Origin: an uncultured Bacteroides sp.
GTDB lineage: Bacteria > Bacteroidota > Bacteroidia > Bacteroidales > Bacteroidaceae
Reading direction: 5' to 3' (one strand)
DNA: 64,000 bases
NCBI RefSeq assembly: GCF_900766005.1
Contig: NZ_CAAFTU010000082.1
The position numbers were made by a program, and so were the translations under genes. Under the pieces are notes generated by a model. The model worked only from the letters and a program-made list of their open reading frames with translations. It was not told where the DNA came from and did no database searches. Positions 1 to 9,986 of this stretch are shown here, in pieces. Position 1 is the first letter of the stretch, and each line of letters opens with the position of its first letter.

Positions 1-1
1 T

Positions 2-952
2 CGCTACGGCACAAGCCAACGGATTTCCCATAAAAGTAGGGCCGTGCATAAAGACTCCCGGATAACCGCCGGAAATAGTATCAGCCACCTCATCACTGGC
101 AAGGACAGCAGAAAAAGTCATGTATCCACCGGTCAGTGCCTTACCTATGCACATGATATCGGGCTGGACACCTGCATGCTCCCAAGCAAACAGTTTCCCT
201 GTTCTTCCGAAACCTGTCGCTATCTCATCAAAGATTAACAACAGACGATATTGCCTGCAAAGTTTCTCTGCCTGGCGCAAAAACTCAGGATGATAAAAAC
301 GCATTCCGCCCGCCCCTTGTACAATAGGTTCCAGAATCAATGCGGCCATTTCTTCATGATGCTGTTCCAATATTTCCTTCAAGGGTTCTATATCCTCTTC
401 ATACCAGATTCCGCCAAAGCGCGACCGGGGAGCAGGAACAAAATAACGCACAGGCAATGTAGGGCCAAAAATATGATGCATACCGGTCACCGGATCACAA
501 ACGGACATGGCATTCCACGTATCTCCATGATATCCGGACTGAATAGTTACAAAATTATTTTTCTTTTCCTTCCCTTGCGCATACCAATATTGCACGGCCA
601 TTTTCAGTGCCACTTCTACCGCAACCGAACCGGAATCAGCATAAAATATTTTCTGCATACGGGGAGGAACAATCTTCAGCAACAACCTGCCTAATTCGAT
701 GGCCGGATCGTGTGTCAGTCCGCCGAACATGACATGGCTCATACGGTCTATCTGTTCCTTGAGCGCTTGGTTCAATACCGGATGATTGTATCCATGTACC
801 ATGCACCACCACGAAGACATCCCTTCTATCAAACATCTTCCGTCCTCCAATTCTATATATACTCCATCCGCCCGTCTTACCTTATAAGTGGGCAGCGGAT
901 GAGTAGTCGATGTATAAGGATGCCATAAATGCTCCCTGTCAAAATTTTCCAT
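2..952 (-). CDS. bioA: Adenosylmethionine-8-amino-7-oxononanoate aminotransferase (runs off the left edge; absent from the ORF track)
   Basis: Manual translation from ATG at 952 gives [15 protein letters not shown]...GMSSWW...[14 protein letters not shown]...YHGDT...[14 protein letters not shown]...GKALTGGY...[15 protein letters not shown]; follows bioB. Confidence 0.95.
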   Translation of the reverse strand, partial: MENFDREHLWHPYTSTTHPLPTYKVRRADGVYIELEDGRCLIEGMSSWWCMVHGYNHPVLNQALKEQIDRMSHVMFGGLTHDPAIELGRLLLKIVPPRMQKIFYADSGSVAVEVALKMAVQYWYAQGKEKKNNFVTIQSGYHGDTWNAMSVCDPVTGMHHIFGPTLPVRYFVPAPRSRFGGIWYEEDIEPLKEILEQHHEEMAALILEPIVQGAGGMRFYHPEFLRQAEKLCRQYRLLLIFDEIATGFGRTGKLFAWEHAGVQPDIMCIGKALTGGYMTFSAVLASDEVADTISGGYPGVFMHGPTFMGNPLACAVA

Positions 953-990
953 ATATTATTTCCTTATTGTTATAATAACTTTATAATGTA

Positions 991-1950
991 TCAAAGCGAA
1001 TACCCGGCCTCTTCTATCAATATTTTATCTTCTGAAACTTTGGAACCTAATGTAGTCAGCAAATCTCCCACAATGGCAGAATTAATACCGATATACAATG
1101 CTTTCTTTACAGCTTCCACACTCATCTGTGAACGCCCTCCGGCAAAACGAAGAAAGGCTGTGGGATTGATAAAACGGAATAAAGCGATGGTTGTCAGAAT
1201 CTCCGCCTCTGCAAGACGATCCATTTTTTCCAATGGAGTGCCGGGTATAGGCTGTAACAGGTTTATAGGAATAGACTGTACTTCCAATTCCCTCAGTGTA
1301 AAAGCAAACTCAATACGCTGTTCCATTGTTTCGCCCATGCCGATGATTCCTCCGCTGCATACATCCATCCCCACCCTGCGTGCTGCCTGCAACGTTTCTA
1401 TTTTCTGTTCTTGTGTATGAGTAGAACATAGAGATGAAAAATAAGAGGGAGCCGTTTCCAGATTACAATGATAACGGGTGATGCCTGCCTTAAACAGCCG
1501 TTCCAATTCCGCTTCATCCAGCAATCCTAAAGAAGCGCATAACTGAATATGCGAATGCGCACGCATGTACTCTGTTGTCTCACATAGCCGGTCCATGTTA
1601 CGGCTACCCGGTTTCCTGCCGCTGGTCACCAAAGAAAAACGGGATACTCCCTGCGCTTCGTTATACAAAGCATGGCGCAGACATTCTTCCTTCCCAACCA
1701 AATCATAAACATCCGCTTTTGTTTTATAATGTGCAGACTGTGCGCACCATTTACAATTCTCAGGACATTTACCGGATTTAGCATTGATAATGGAACACAT
1801 ATCGAATTTCCGAGAAGCCAGAACCCGTGTTATCTCATGAGCCGCATCATACAAATCCTGTTTCTCTGCCTGGCAGGACAGCCAACGGGCTTCTTCTACG
1901 GTAATCTTCTCACCGCCCAACACTTTGTTTCTTATTTCATTCAGCATCAT
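991..1950 (-). CDS. bioB: Biotin synthase
   Basis: Radical SAM motif [31 protein letters not shown]. Confidence 0.97.
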   Translation of the reverse strand: MMLNEIRNKVLGGEKITVEEARWLSCQAEKQDLYDAAHEITRVLASRKFDMCSIINAKSGKCPENCKWCAQSAHYKTKADVYDLVGKEECLRHALYNEAQGVSRFSLVTSGRKPGSRNMDRLCETTEYMRAHSHIQLCASLGLLDEAELERLFKAGITRYHCNLETAPSYFSSLCSTHTQEQKIETLQAARRVGMDVCSGGIIGMGETMEQRIEFAFTLRELEVQSIPINLLQPIPGTPLEKMDRLAEAEILTTIALFRFINPTAFLRFAGGRSQMSVEAVKKALYIGINSAIVGDLLTTLGSKVSEDKILIEEAGYSL

Positions 1951-1962
1951 ATACAGTTCATA

Positions 1963-2328
1963 TTAAGACAAAAAAAGCCGAAAAGATGCATGGCACATCT
2001 TTCCGGCAAACAAATATTTATTTAAATAAAAAAGACAAATCACGTCAGCCACCTGTGGTTGAGGCAGTTGGATCCGAAACATTTGCAACATGGATTCAAC
2101 AGGGGCCATTCCTTCTTCATATTCCTCTCCAGCATCCTCTTTCCGTGCGGAAGAGCAAACAGAGAATGCCGTGCAAACATTTGCCTGTTTACCCAACGAT
2201 ACATCGGCAATCTCCTTTTTCAGATTACCAATAGTTACATATTTGCCCAAGCTATAAAACATAGCGTACTTCTTCCGGCTCCAATAGCGGAAACGTATCG
2301 TATGTTTATTCTGGCACAATTGTTTCAT
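1963..2328 (-). CDS. 121-aa leader ORF upstream of bioB (hypothetical)
   Basis: ATG at 2328 lies just downstream of a consensus promoter; stop is 12 nt before bioB; N-terminal motif FRYWSRKKYAMFYSLGKYVTIG. Confidence 0.7.
   Translation of the reverse strand: MKQLCQNKHTIRFRYWSRKKYAMFYSLGKYVTIGNLKKEIADVSLGKQANVCTAFSVCSSARKEDAGEEYEEGMAPVESMLQMFRIQLPQPQVADVICLFYLNKYLFAGKMCHASFRLFLS
1970..2007 (-). terminator. Intrinsic terminator inside the 3' end of the leader ORF
   Basis: GCCGGAAAGATG-tgccatg-CATCTTTTCGGC-TTTTTTT: 12-bp stem (one G-U) followed by U7. Confidence 0.85.
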
Positions 2329-2350
2329 GTTTTTTCGTATCTGAGATTGG

Positions 2351-2381
2351 CAAAGGTAAATAAAATATTCAATGCAGCAAA
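2351..2381 (-). promoter_or_regulatory. Bacteroidetes housekeeping promoter for the bio leader/operon
   Basis: TTTG-N19-TACCTTTG matches the -33/-7 consensus. Confidence 0.8.
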
Positions 2382-2480
2382 CTTTTATATAGAAAAACAC
2401 CGTTCCGCCTCTTACAACCTTAAAACCAGTTTTCCGAAAGCACAACGGTGAATTCTTAAGTCCTTTATATTATATTTCTG

Positions 2481-3893
2481 TTATTCTTCTTTCTTCGAAG
2501 CAGCTTTCTTGGCAACCGGCTTCTTTGCCGTCGTTTTCTTGGCCGCCGCCGGTTTCTTGGCAGCAGGTTCTTTCTTTACGGCAGGAGCCTTTTTGCCTTC
2601 AGCTTTCTCCAGTTTAGCCTGCAATCTCTCCACTTCCTTGTTCAAAGCCACCAATTCCTCGCCCTGATTCTTAATGGTAGTAAGCAACGAATTTAATTCT
2701 TCGTTATCCATATCTACCGGATACAACGAATTGACACGACTTATAAAATCACCCAAAATGTTCATGTAGTTGGTGAAAGCATCATACGGAGAATCATAAA
2801 TACCACGATTCAACCAAATACCGGTATTCTTAGTGGTCATGAAGCGGAAATTATTACTTGCCTGCAAATAATCCCAATCCTGCTTAATACGGCGATCATC
2901 GCACAAATGAACACGTTCTGCCACACTATAAAGTTTATTGAAAGCCTCACGCTGCATCACATTGCCTAACCACGGACTGATATCGCGTTCCTCGTCTATC
3001 CATGACATAGGATAAGGAACATCCACCTGATCCACAGATTTCAGTTTGGTAATGATATCGGTCGGAGTAGAGAAAGTAACCCCTCTTTCTTTTGCGCAGA
3101 CAGGCAGTGCTTTCATAAATTCCAAAATATTGGAAGACAATGGCTGGGCGATACCCAAAGCAGAAAGTTCCATGAAAATATTGATAACCTGCTCCTCCTC
3201 CGGCAAAGCTGCAATCCAATCTATATATTTGTCGGCAAACAACGGATATTCATTCCATTCGGAATTAGAGAAACGCAGGCTGATGTCATCAGACAATTTG
3301 AAATCGCGAAGCAATAACTTCAAGTTCGGATTCATGGCACAATGATACAGGTAGTGCGGGCTCTTCCAACCCAAAATATGTTTCGCGCCTTCAGTCAACA
3401 TACCTTTAAAGCCCATATCGGCTATCGTAGCGCCAATATCATTCGAATAAATCAAGCTGGAGTTACGGAATACCTTCGGCTCCTTGCCAAATATTTGTTT
3501 AATCTTGGTACGCATACGTTCCACTTCTTCGCGGAAACAATCTTCATTAGCCAATGAGGAAAGACCGTGAGAATAAGGTTCGCACAAGAATTCGCAACAT
3601 CCGGTCTCATTCAACTGATGCAACAACTCGATTACACCGGGCGCATGCACTTCCAACTGTTCCAGCGCCACACCCGAGATAGACAAAGCCACCTTGAAAG
3701 TATCACCGTGATTCTTTGCCATTTCAATCAACGCACTCAGCGCAGGAATATACGAGCGTTCGGCTATATCACTGATGCCGCGCTCATTTTCATAATCATC
3801 ATAATAATAATGGTCACGGCCTATATCAAAACAGCGATAGCGTTTCAGATGGATAATTTGATGTATTTCAAAATAAAGACATATTGTTTTCAT
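2481..3893 (-). CDS. GH57 alpha-amylase-like protein, probably non-catalytic, with coiled coil and Lys/Ala/Pro tail
   Basis: GH57 regions (HQ, SISG, EPYSH, SW) present; FRNSSL and FMELSA where catalytic Glu/Asp are expected. Confidence 0.85.
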   Translation of the reverse strand: MKTICLYFEIHQIIHLKRYRCFDIGRDHYYYDDYENERGISDIAERSYIPALSALIEMAKNHGDTFKVALSISGVALEQLEVHAPGVIELLHQLNETGCCEFLCEPYSHGLSSLANEDCFREEVERMRTKIKQIFGKEPKVFRNSSLIYSNDIGATIADMGFKGMLTEGAKHILGWKSPHYLYHCAMNPNLKLLLRDFKLSDDISLRFSNSEWNEYPLFADKYIDWIAALPEEEQVINIFMELSALGIAQPLSSNILEFMKALPVCAKERGVTFSTPTDIITKLKSVDQVDVPYPMSWIDEERDISPWLGNVMQREAFNKLYSVAERVHLCDDRRIKQDWDYLQASNNFRFMTTKNTGIWLNRGIYDSPYDAFTNYMNILGDFISRVNSLYPVDMDNEELNSLLTTIKNQGEELVALNKEVERLQAKLEKAEGKKAPAVKKEPAAKKPAAAKKTTAKKPVAKKAASKKEE

Positions 3894-3911
3894 ATCCTAG
3901 TTATTGTTTTA

Positions 3912-5177
3912 TTATTTACCATAGTTTTTTAACACCTGCTCATAGAGGGCACGGATTCTCAAGCCGACTTTCTCCCATGTAATGCCATCCACCTCTTTCT
4001 TTCCTTCTTCCTGCAGATATTGGAAAAGAGAAGGATTCGTACAAATAGAATAGATGGCATCGGCCATAGCGTTGATATCCCAATAATCTGTCTTGATTAC
4101 TTTATCCAAAATTTCACCGCAACCCGATTGCTTTGAGATGATAGAAGGAGTTCCGCACTGCATAGCCTCTAAAGGAGCAATACCAAAAGGTTCTGACACG
4201 GAAGGCATTACGAATACATCACTGTTTTTATATGCTTCATAAACCTGACGCCCACGCTGGAACCCCGGGAAATGAAAACGGTCTGCAATACCTCGTTCCG
4301 CAGCCAGATTGATCATGGCGTCCAGCATGTCTCCCGATCCTGCCATTACAAAACGGATGTTACGGGTACGCTTCAAGACCAATGCGGCGGCTTCCACAAA
4401 ATACTCGGGTCCTTTCTGCATCGTGATACGCCCCAGGAAAGTCACCACTTTTTCTTTCGAGTGATCAGGACGAGGAATGTCCAGCAAATCTTGCGAAAGC
4501 GGATAAACGGCATTGTGCATGGCAAAACATTTGCGCGGGTCTTGATGATATTGGTGAATAACAGTCTGACGGGTCAGCTCGGACACACACATAATACAGT
4601 CGGCATGATCCATGCCATTCTTTTCCATAGCATATACTGTAGGATTCACTTTACCGCGCGAACGGTCAAAATCAGTAGCATGCACATGGATGCACAAAGG
4701 TTTGCCACTTACCAGCTTGGCATGCACACCAGCCGGATAAGTCAGCCAGTCGTGCGCATGGATAATATCAAATTCTTGCTGGCGCGCAACCACACCGGCA
4801 ATAATAGAAAAGTTATTGATCTCATCATGAAGGTTTCCCGGATAGCCGCCGGCAAACTCCATACACCCCAGATCATTGACGTGCATATATGAGAAATCAG
4901 AATAGATATGATCACGGAAAGCATAATACTGTTCCGGAGTCGAAGTCGAAAGACGTGACTTTAAGTAATCATAATCCACATCACGCCACACAATGGGCAC
5001 TTGGTTCATGCCTATAATGTTCAGAAACTTTTCTTCGTCGCCACAAGGTTTGGGCAAACAGAAGGTTGTTTCCATATCACCTTGCAGACTCAGACCTTTT
5101 GTTATACCGTAAGATGCTACAGCAAGACCACCATATATTTTGGGAGGAAATTCCCATCCAAACATTAATACTTTCAT
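3912..5177 (-). CDS. GT4 glycosyltransferase (glycogen/alpha-glucan locus)
   Basis: GWEFPP..GGL, HAHDW, EPFGIAPLEAM. Confidence 0.9.
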   Translation of the reverse strand: MKVLMFGWEFPPKIYGGLAVASYGITKGLSLQGDMETTFCLPKPCGDEEKFLNIIGMNQVPIVWRDVDYDYLKSRLSTSTPEQYYAFRDHIYSDFSYMHVNDLGCMEFAGGYPGNLHDEINNFSIIAGVVARQQEFDIIHAHDWLTYPAGVHAKLVSGKPLCIHVHATDFDRSRGKVNPTVYAMEKNGMDHADCIMCVSELTRQTVIHQYHQDPRKCFAMHNAVYPLSQDLLDIPRPDHSKEKVVTFLGRITMQKGPEYFVEAAALVLKRTRNIRFVMAGSGDMLDAMINLAAERGIADRFHFPGFQRGRQVYEAYKNSDVFVMPSVSEPFGIAPLEAMQCGTPSIISKQSGCGEILDKVIKTDYWDINAMADAIYSICTNPSLFQYLQEEGKKEVDGITWEKVGLRIRALYEQVLKNYGK

Positions 5178-5191
5178 ACAGGTCCCTCCTT

Positions 5192-7132
5192 TCAATAATT
5201 GTATTTACTCAATAAATATAATACTCGCAATATCTCTGCCACATTCATAGCGAATGATACAGCTCCACGACCTTTGAAAGGCGGGTTACCATCAAACAGT
5301 TCAGGTATAGAGCCAATACAATGAGAAGTCATTTCGTCTTCGTAGCCTATCAGCTGACGCTCCACAAATCCTATGCCACTCATCTTATAAATACGAAGGT
5401 AAGCTTCAAAATAGAAGCCAGCCAGCCAAGGCCATGCGGTACCTTGATGATAAGCATAATCACGCTGCATCTGAGGACCTACATAGTTCGGGTTGTAACC
5501 GCCACTCTTCGGGCTGAGCGAACGGAGCCCTTTCGGAGTAAGCAGTTCTTTGGTCACAATGTCCAACACCCCTTTCTTCTGACGGGCATCAAGCGGAGAA
5601 TAGTCGAATGCTACAGTAAATATCATGTTCGGACGCACGCTCCAGTCCATCATATTGCCATCCACATAATCCAGTAAATAACCATACTCATTCAAGAAAG
5701 TATCCACGAAAGCCTTTCCCGTCTTTTCTGCCAATACATTTAACGTTTCAGCCAAATTATTGTTTCCACCTTCGCCCAACAGTTCACTTGTAAAACGTAA
5801 GGCATTATACCACAAAGCATTAATTTCTACGATATAGCCTGTACGAGGAATCACAGGACGTCCGTTTGCGGTAGAATTCATCCATGTGATAGCCTTTTCC
5901 GTTCCGTTGGCATATAGCAGACCGTTTGAATGCAAGAAAAGGTTCGGATGATTCTCCCGGCGAAGGTATTCCATAATGTCCTGCAACAATGTACCATATT
6001 TCTCACGGCATTGGTCACGCGACACCATCTTGGCATATTGCTGGATACACCACACCGCCCAAAGCAAAACATCAGGATGCTCCATTTCGTACACTTTAAC
6101 ATCATCAGGCTCATCATTAATAAAGTCATGAATTGCCTTGCGGGCCGTTTCCATCACCATTTCAAACTTAGCCACTTCATCAATCGCCAATGTCAGTCCC
6201 GGCAGGGAAATAAACATATCGCGCGCACGGCATTTAAACCACGGATATCCTGCCAAAATATAAAACTCATCTCCCTGTTTATTTAAGAACTGATGGGCAG
6301 CATTTATCAGACAGTGCTGGAAATTATCACGCGGAGTACGTTCTTCCACCTCCTCTTCAAAGGTTCTCTTTAATGTACGGGTACCGGCCTCGGAAACACC
6401 TCCTGAAAAGACAATGCTTTCACCTTTCTTTATGTCCACTTCAAAATAACCCGGAACATACAAATCTTCATTAAAATCATATCCTCTCTCCTGCTCTTTG
6501 GGATACTCAATTCCCCGATACCAATCCGGCTGATAGTGGAATTCGTTCTTCTTGTTCAATTGCATATATAATTCGGGATAGCCCGGATACATGCATGTCT
6601 TGATCCCATTGTCCACCTCCTGATAGTCACGGCTGGCTTGTGCGTTCTCATGAGTATACTGACGGACGCTGCGGAAAGCCAGAAACGGACGCAAACGCAA
6701 CGTAGTGGCCGAATGTGCCTCCAGCAAAGTATAACGGATTAAAATTCTATTTTCATGATGAACGAAAAGCTTTTCCTTCTTCAGAATCACACCACCTACC
6801 CGGTATATAGTGGTAGGAACTTTCTCACACTCGAATTCCCGGATATACTTGTGTCCCCTGGGGCTGTAATTGTCACCCTGATACTTATGAAGCCCCAGGT
6901 TAAATTCAGCGCCGTGTTGTATCACTGTTTCATCCAACGACGATAACAATACATGGTTTTCATCATCCAGCTCAGGCACCGGAATGACAAGCAATCCATG
7001 ATATTTTCTCGTATTGCAATCAACAATGGTTGTACAATGGTAAGCCCCTGAACGGTTTGTGCGGAGAATTTCTTTCGGTAATGATTCCCCGAGGTTCGTC
7101 ATAAGAGTCTTGTCAAATCGTAAGTAACTCAT
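5192..7132 (-). CDS. Glycogen debranching enzyme (amylo-alpha-1,6-glucosidase family)
   Basis: TRKYHGLL, AGYPWF, TWM, EINALWYNAL, YHQGTAWPW. Confidence 0.9.
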   Translation of the reverse strand: MSYLRFDKTLMTNLGESLPKEILRTNRSGAYHCTTIVDCNTRKYHGLLVIPVPELDDENHVLLSSLDETVIQHGAEFNLGLHKYQGDNYSPRGHKYIREFECEKVPTTIYRVGGVILKKEKLFVHHENRILIRYTLLEAHSATTLRLRPFLAFRSVRQYTHENAQASRDYQEVDNGIKTCMYPGYPELYMQLNKKNEFHYQPDWYRGIEYPKEQERGYDFNEDLYVPGYFEVDIKKGESIVFSGGVSEAGTRTLKRTFEEEVEERTPRDNFQHCLINAAHQFLNKQGDEFYILAGYPWFKCRARDMFISLPGLTLAIDEVAKFEMVMETARKAIHDFINDEPDDVKVYEMEHPDVLLWAVWCIQQYAKMVSRDQCREKYGTLLQDIMEYLRRENHPNLFLHSNGLLYANGTEKAITWMNSTANGRPVIPRTGYIVEINALWYNALRFTSELLGEGGNNNLAETLNVLAEKTGKAFVDTFLNEYGYLLDYVDGNMMDWSVRPNMIFTVAFDYSPLDARQKKGVLDIVTKELLTPKGLRSLSPKSGGYNPNYVGPQMQRDYAYHQGTAWPWLAGFYFEAYLRIYKMSGIGFVERQLIGYEDEMTSHCIGSIPELFDGNPPFKGRGAVSFAMNVAEILRVLYLLSKYNY

Positions 7133-7312
7133 AGTTGTTATTTTAAGGTTATAAATCAAATTTCCATATCAATTTGTGTCACATATTATTTTTGTATGCA
7201 ACGCTCAAAATTAGTAATTAAATGGATAAAGCAAAATTAAATAGCAAAATATTTTTCATTTTTCGCTCAAATATCCGTAGTATTGCACAGAAATCAGCAT
7301 AATTATGACAAA

Positions 7313-7978
7313 ATGAAACTTGAAATTCAAAAAATTCTATTGGCTTTTGCTCTTCCGTTATTACTTCTTTTCATTCTGTACACCCTGCGTACAATGGAAA
7401 GTGTCATGAATTGGGATTTTATCACCTGGGGCATATATCCCAAAGAAACCAAAGGAATAATGGGGATTCTCACTTCTCCGTTGATACACGCCGATTGGGA
7501 ACATTTATTTGCGAACACTTTCCCTCTTCTTTTTTTATTATGGTGTCTGCTCTACTTTTATCGTGATTTGGGCATTGGTATACTTTTTTTCATCTGGATA
7601 GTCAGTGGAATACTTACATTTATAATAGGCAAGCCGGGATGGCATATAGGTGCCAGCAGTATAATTTATTCACTCGCCTTCTTTCTGTTCTTCAGTGGCA
7701 TTCTCCGCAAACACGTTCCTTTAGTAGCCCTGTCATTGCTTGTCACCTTTCTATATGGCAGCCTGGTATGGAACATGTTCCCACAGTTCGCTTCCTCCAC
7801 CACTTCTTGGGAGGGACACTTGGGGGGCGCAGCGGCCGGAATAGCCGCAGCTATATTGTTCAGACACAAAGGCCCTCAACAACCGGAACTTTTCATTGAC
7901 GAGGAAGAAGAAGATAACAGGAGTTATCCGGAAGACGAAGAAGTCATTACAAATCCGGACCAAGAAAAGAAAGAATGA
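7313..7978 (+). CDS. Rhomboid family intramembrane serine protease
   Basis: HADWEHLFAN, IGAS, WEGHLGG; multiple TM segments. Confidence 0.85.
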   Translation: MKLEIQKILLAFALPLLLLFILYTLRTMESVMNWDFITWGIYPKETKGIMGILTSPLIHADWEHLFANTFPLLFLLWCLLYFYRDLGIGILFFIWIVSGILTFIIGKPGWHIGASSIIYSLAFFLFFSGILRKHVPLVALSLLVTFLYGSLVWNMFPQFASSTTSWEGHLGGAAAGIAAAILFRHKGPQQPELFIDEEEEDNRSYPEDEEVITNPDQEKKE

Positions 7979-8130
7979 CTAAACCAATCTTTCCGCCTCA
8001 TGAAGTCCAAAGGACCGGAAGGGATGAAAAAAGCAATAACCCGCTAACGGAATTAAACGAATGCTCATATCCTCCCTATTGTATAAGCCTTTTCTATCTT
8101 CAGATTAAACCTTTTTATACGGATATATTC

Positions 8131-8217
8131 TATCTCCATAGCCTTTGGAGTTATCTCCCAAGGCTATGGAGTTAACTCCAAAGCTTATGGAGATAACTCC
8201 AAAGGCTTGCGGAGATA
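8131..8217. repeat. Four ~21-bp palindromic units forming one large imperfect inverted repeat
   Basis: CTCC-N9/10-GGAG units at 8134, 8155, 8176 and 8197; symmetry centre GTTAAC near 8173. Confidence 0.85.
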
Positions 8218-8536
8218 AAACAGGCAGGAAGAAAACCCTTAACCACACGGCAGGAAAGGGTTAGGGATACAAACAAGATCTTTTAAGGATGAATCTGATT
8301 ACAAGGCTTGCACTCTTTACAGAGAAAAATCCCCTAACACCCTTCTTTTAAAAAGGTAAAAAAGCATGTGGCAAGAAGATATGCATCTGGCCATATGTGG
8401 AAAGACTAAAACAGACTATTATTTTGCCATCTTAAATTTTAATGCATCATTTTACAACTGAAAAACAGGGTAATAAACCTTTCCGGACAGCATCATTCAA
8501 GCTTTAATACCTACTCATTACCAATTTTCATAAAAT

Positions 8537-8585
8537 AATACCCATTTTTAGGTATTGCCCACCCTTTTAACCTCCCATAACTTTG
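8537..8585 (+). promoter_or_regulatory. Promoter of the porin-imelysin operon with overlapping palindromic box
   Basis: AATACC-N8-GGTATT (8537-8556) overlaps ATTG; TAACTTTG at 8578-8585. Confidence 0.7.
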
Positions 8586-8618
8586 CACCGATTTAAAATT
8601 ATAAAAATTAAAGCAAAA

Positions 8619-9953
8619 ATGAAAAGAAAGGTTTTATTGTTCTCATTATGCTTGTTGGCCTGTCTTGCAAACAGTTATGCAGAAAAAGCAACAAGTATAG
8701 ATAAGGATAACACAGAGAAAACTACGGAGGAAGAACCTAAAAAAAAATCCCGGCTAACATTGGGAGGTTACGGAGAAGCAGTGTACACACGTAACTTTTA
8801 TAGTGACAATATGTACCGCTATTCTAAAGCAGACAGTTACAAAGACTCTGACGGACACGGACGCGTAGACTTACCTCATGTAGTAATCATGATTGGCTAC
8901 GATTTCGGAAAAGGATGGAGCATGGGTAGTGAAATAGAGTTTGAACACGGAGGAACAGAATCGGCTATAGAAGTAGAAGACGAAGAAGCCGGAGAATTTG
9001 AAAAAGAAATAGAACGTGGGGGTGAAGTGGCTTTGGAGCAGTTCTGGATTCAGAAATCTTTTTGCTCGGGCTTCAATATCCGCGCAGGGCACATCATCGT
9101 GCCGATAGGACAAATAAACAACGCCCATCTTCCCACTCAGTTCTTTACAGTATATCGTCCTGAAGGTGAAAACACAATAATGCCTTGCACATGGCATGAA
9201 ACCGGTCTTAGTGTATGGGGGCGTATAGGTGACTGGCGTTATGAGGCAATGGTTATTCCCGCATTGAATGCTAATATGTTCAATCATAGCGGATGGATTC
9301 ATGATGGTTCTGCATCAGCCTATGAATTTAAAGTAGCCAACAATCTGGCAGGAGCGGCACGTATCGACAATTACTCTGTCAAAGGATTGCGTATGGGAAT
9401 AAGCGGCTATATAGGTAACAGTTTCCAAAACGACATTATTAAAGATGAAAAATCCACCAAATATAAAGATGTGAAAGGAACAGTGGTCATAGGTGCATTC
9501 GACTTTGATTATAATGATCATAACTGGGTAGTACGCGGCAATTTTGATTATGGCCATCTGGGAGACGCTGATCTGATCTCCACTCACAACAAAAGCCAAG
9601 ACAATAGCACACAGTCCCCTTATCCTCACACAGCCGTGGGCAAGACAGCCATTGCCGCCGGAATCGAGGCAGGATATGATATTTTTTCTCAAGTAAAGAA
9701 AATGAGAGACAATGGTAAAAAACTATATGTATTTGGACGATATGAATACTATGACTCATATCATAAGGCTGCTAAAGGTTTCAGCAAATATGAATGGACT
9801 AAAAAACAACGCATGGCCGTCGGTTTGAACTACTATCCTATGAAAGACATCGTAGTAAAAGCCGAATACTCAAAACGCTTCTTGAAAAGCCAGTATAATA
9901 ACGAACCCTCTTTTTCATTGGGCATAGCTTATGCAGGATTTTTCATTAAATAA
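8619..9953 (+). CDS. Outer-membrane beta-barrel/porin with Glu-rich loop
   Basis: Signal peptide, LGGYGE, EIEFEH, EVALEQFW, C-terminal aromatic strand; precedes imelysin gene. Confidence 0.75.
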   Translation: MKRKVLLFSLCLLACLANSYAEKATSIDKDNTEKTTEEEPKKKSRLTLGGYGEAVYTRNFYSDNMYRYSKADSYKDSDGHGRVDLPHVVIMIGYDFGKGWSMGSEIEFEHGGTESAIEVEDEEAGEFEKEIERGGEVALEQFWIQKSFCSGFNIRAGHIIVPIGQINNAHLPTQFFTVYRPEGENTIMPCTWHETGLSVWGRIGDWRYEAMVIPALNANMFNHSGWIHDGSASAYEFKVANNLAGAARIDNYSVKGLRMGISGYIGNSFQNDIIKDEKSTKYKDVKGTVVIGAFDFDYNDHNWVVRGNFDYGHLGDADLISTHNKSQDNSTQSPYPHTAVGKTAIAAGIEAGYDIFSQVKKMRDNGKKLYVFGRYEYYDSYHKAAKGFSKYEWTKKQRMAVGLNYYPMKDIVVKAEYSKRFLKSQYNNEPSFSLGIAYAGFFIK

Positions 9954-9986
9954 ACCCGATTATTCATTTTTTAAAATTAAATAGGT

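Noticed and set aside
1990..2110. Biotinylation-site mimic in the leader peptide (VESML, AGKM)
   Set aside because: Does not match EAMKM and there is no biotinyl-domain context
2329..2445. Longer 160-aa version of the bio leader ORF
   Set aside because: The extension overlaps the promoter; ATG 2328 is the plausible start
7975..8175. 66-aa ORF after the rhomboid gene
   Set aside because: Runs into the palindromic repeat and has no recognisable features
8131..8217. Possible CRISPR array (also 62721-62786)
   Set aside because: No unique spacers, period too short and no cas genes
8739..8747. A9 tract in the porin gene as a phase-variation site
   Set aside because: In frame (Lys-Lys-Lys) and expected in AT-rich DNA; no evidence of slippage
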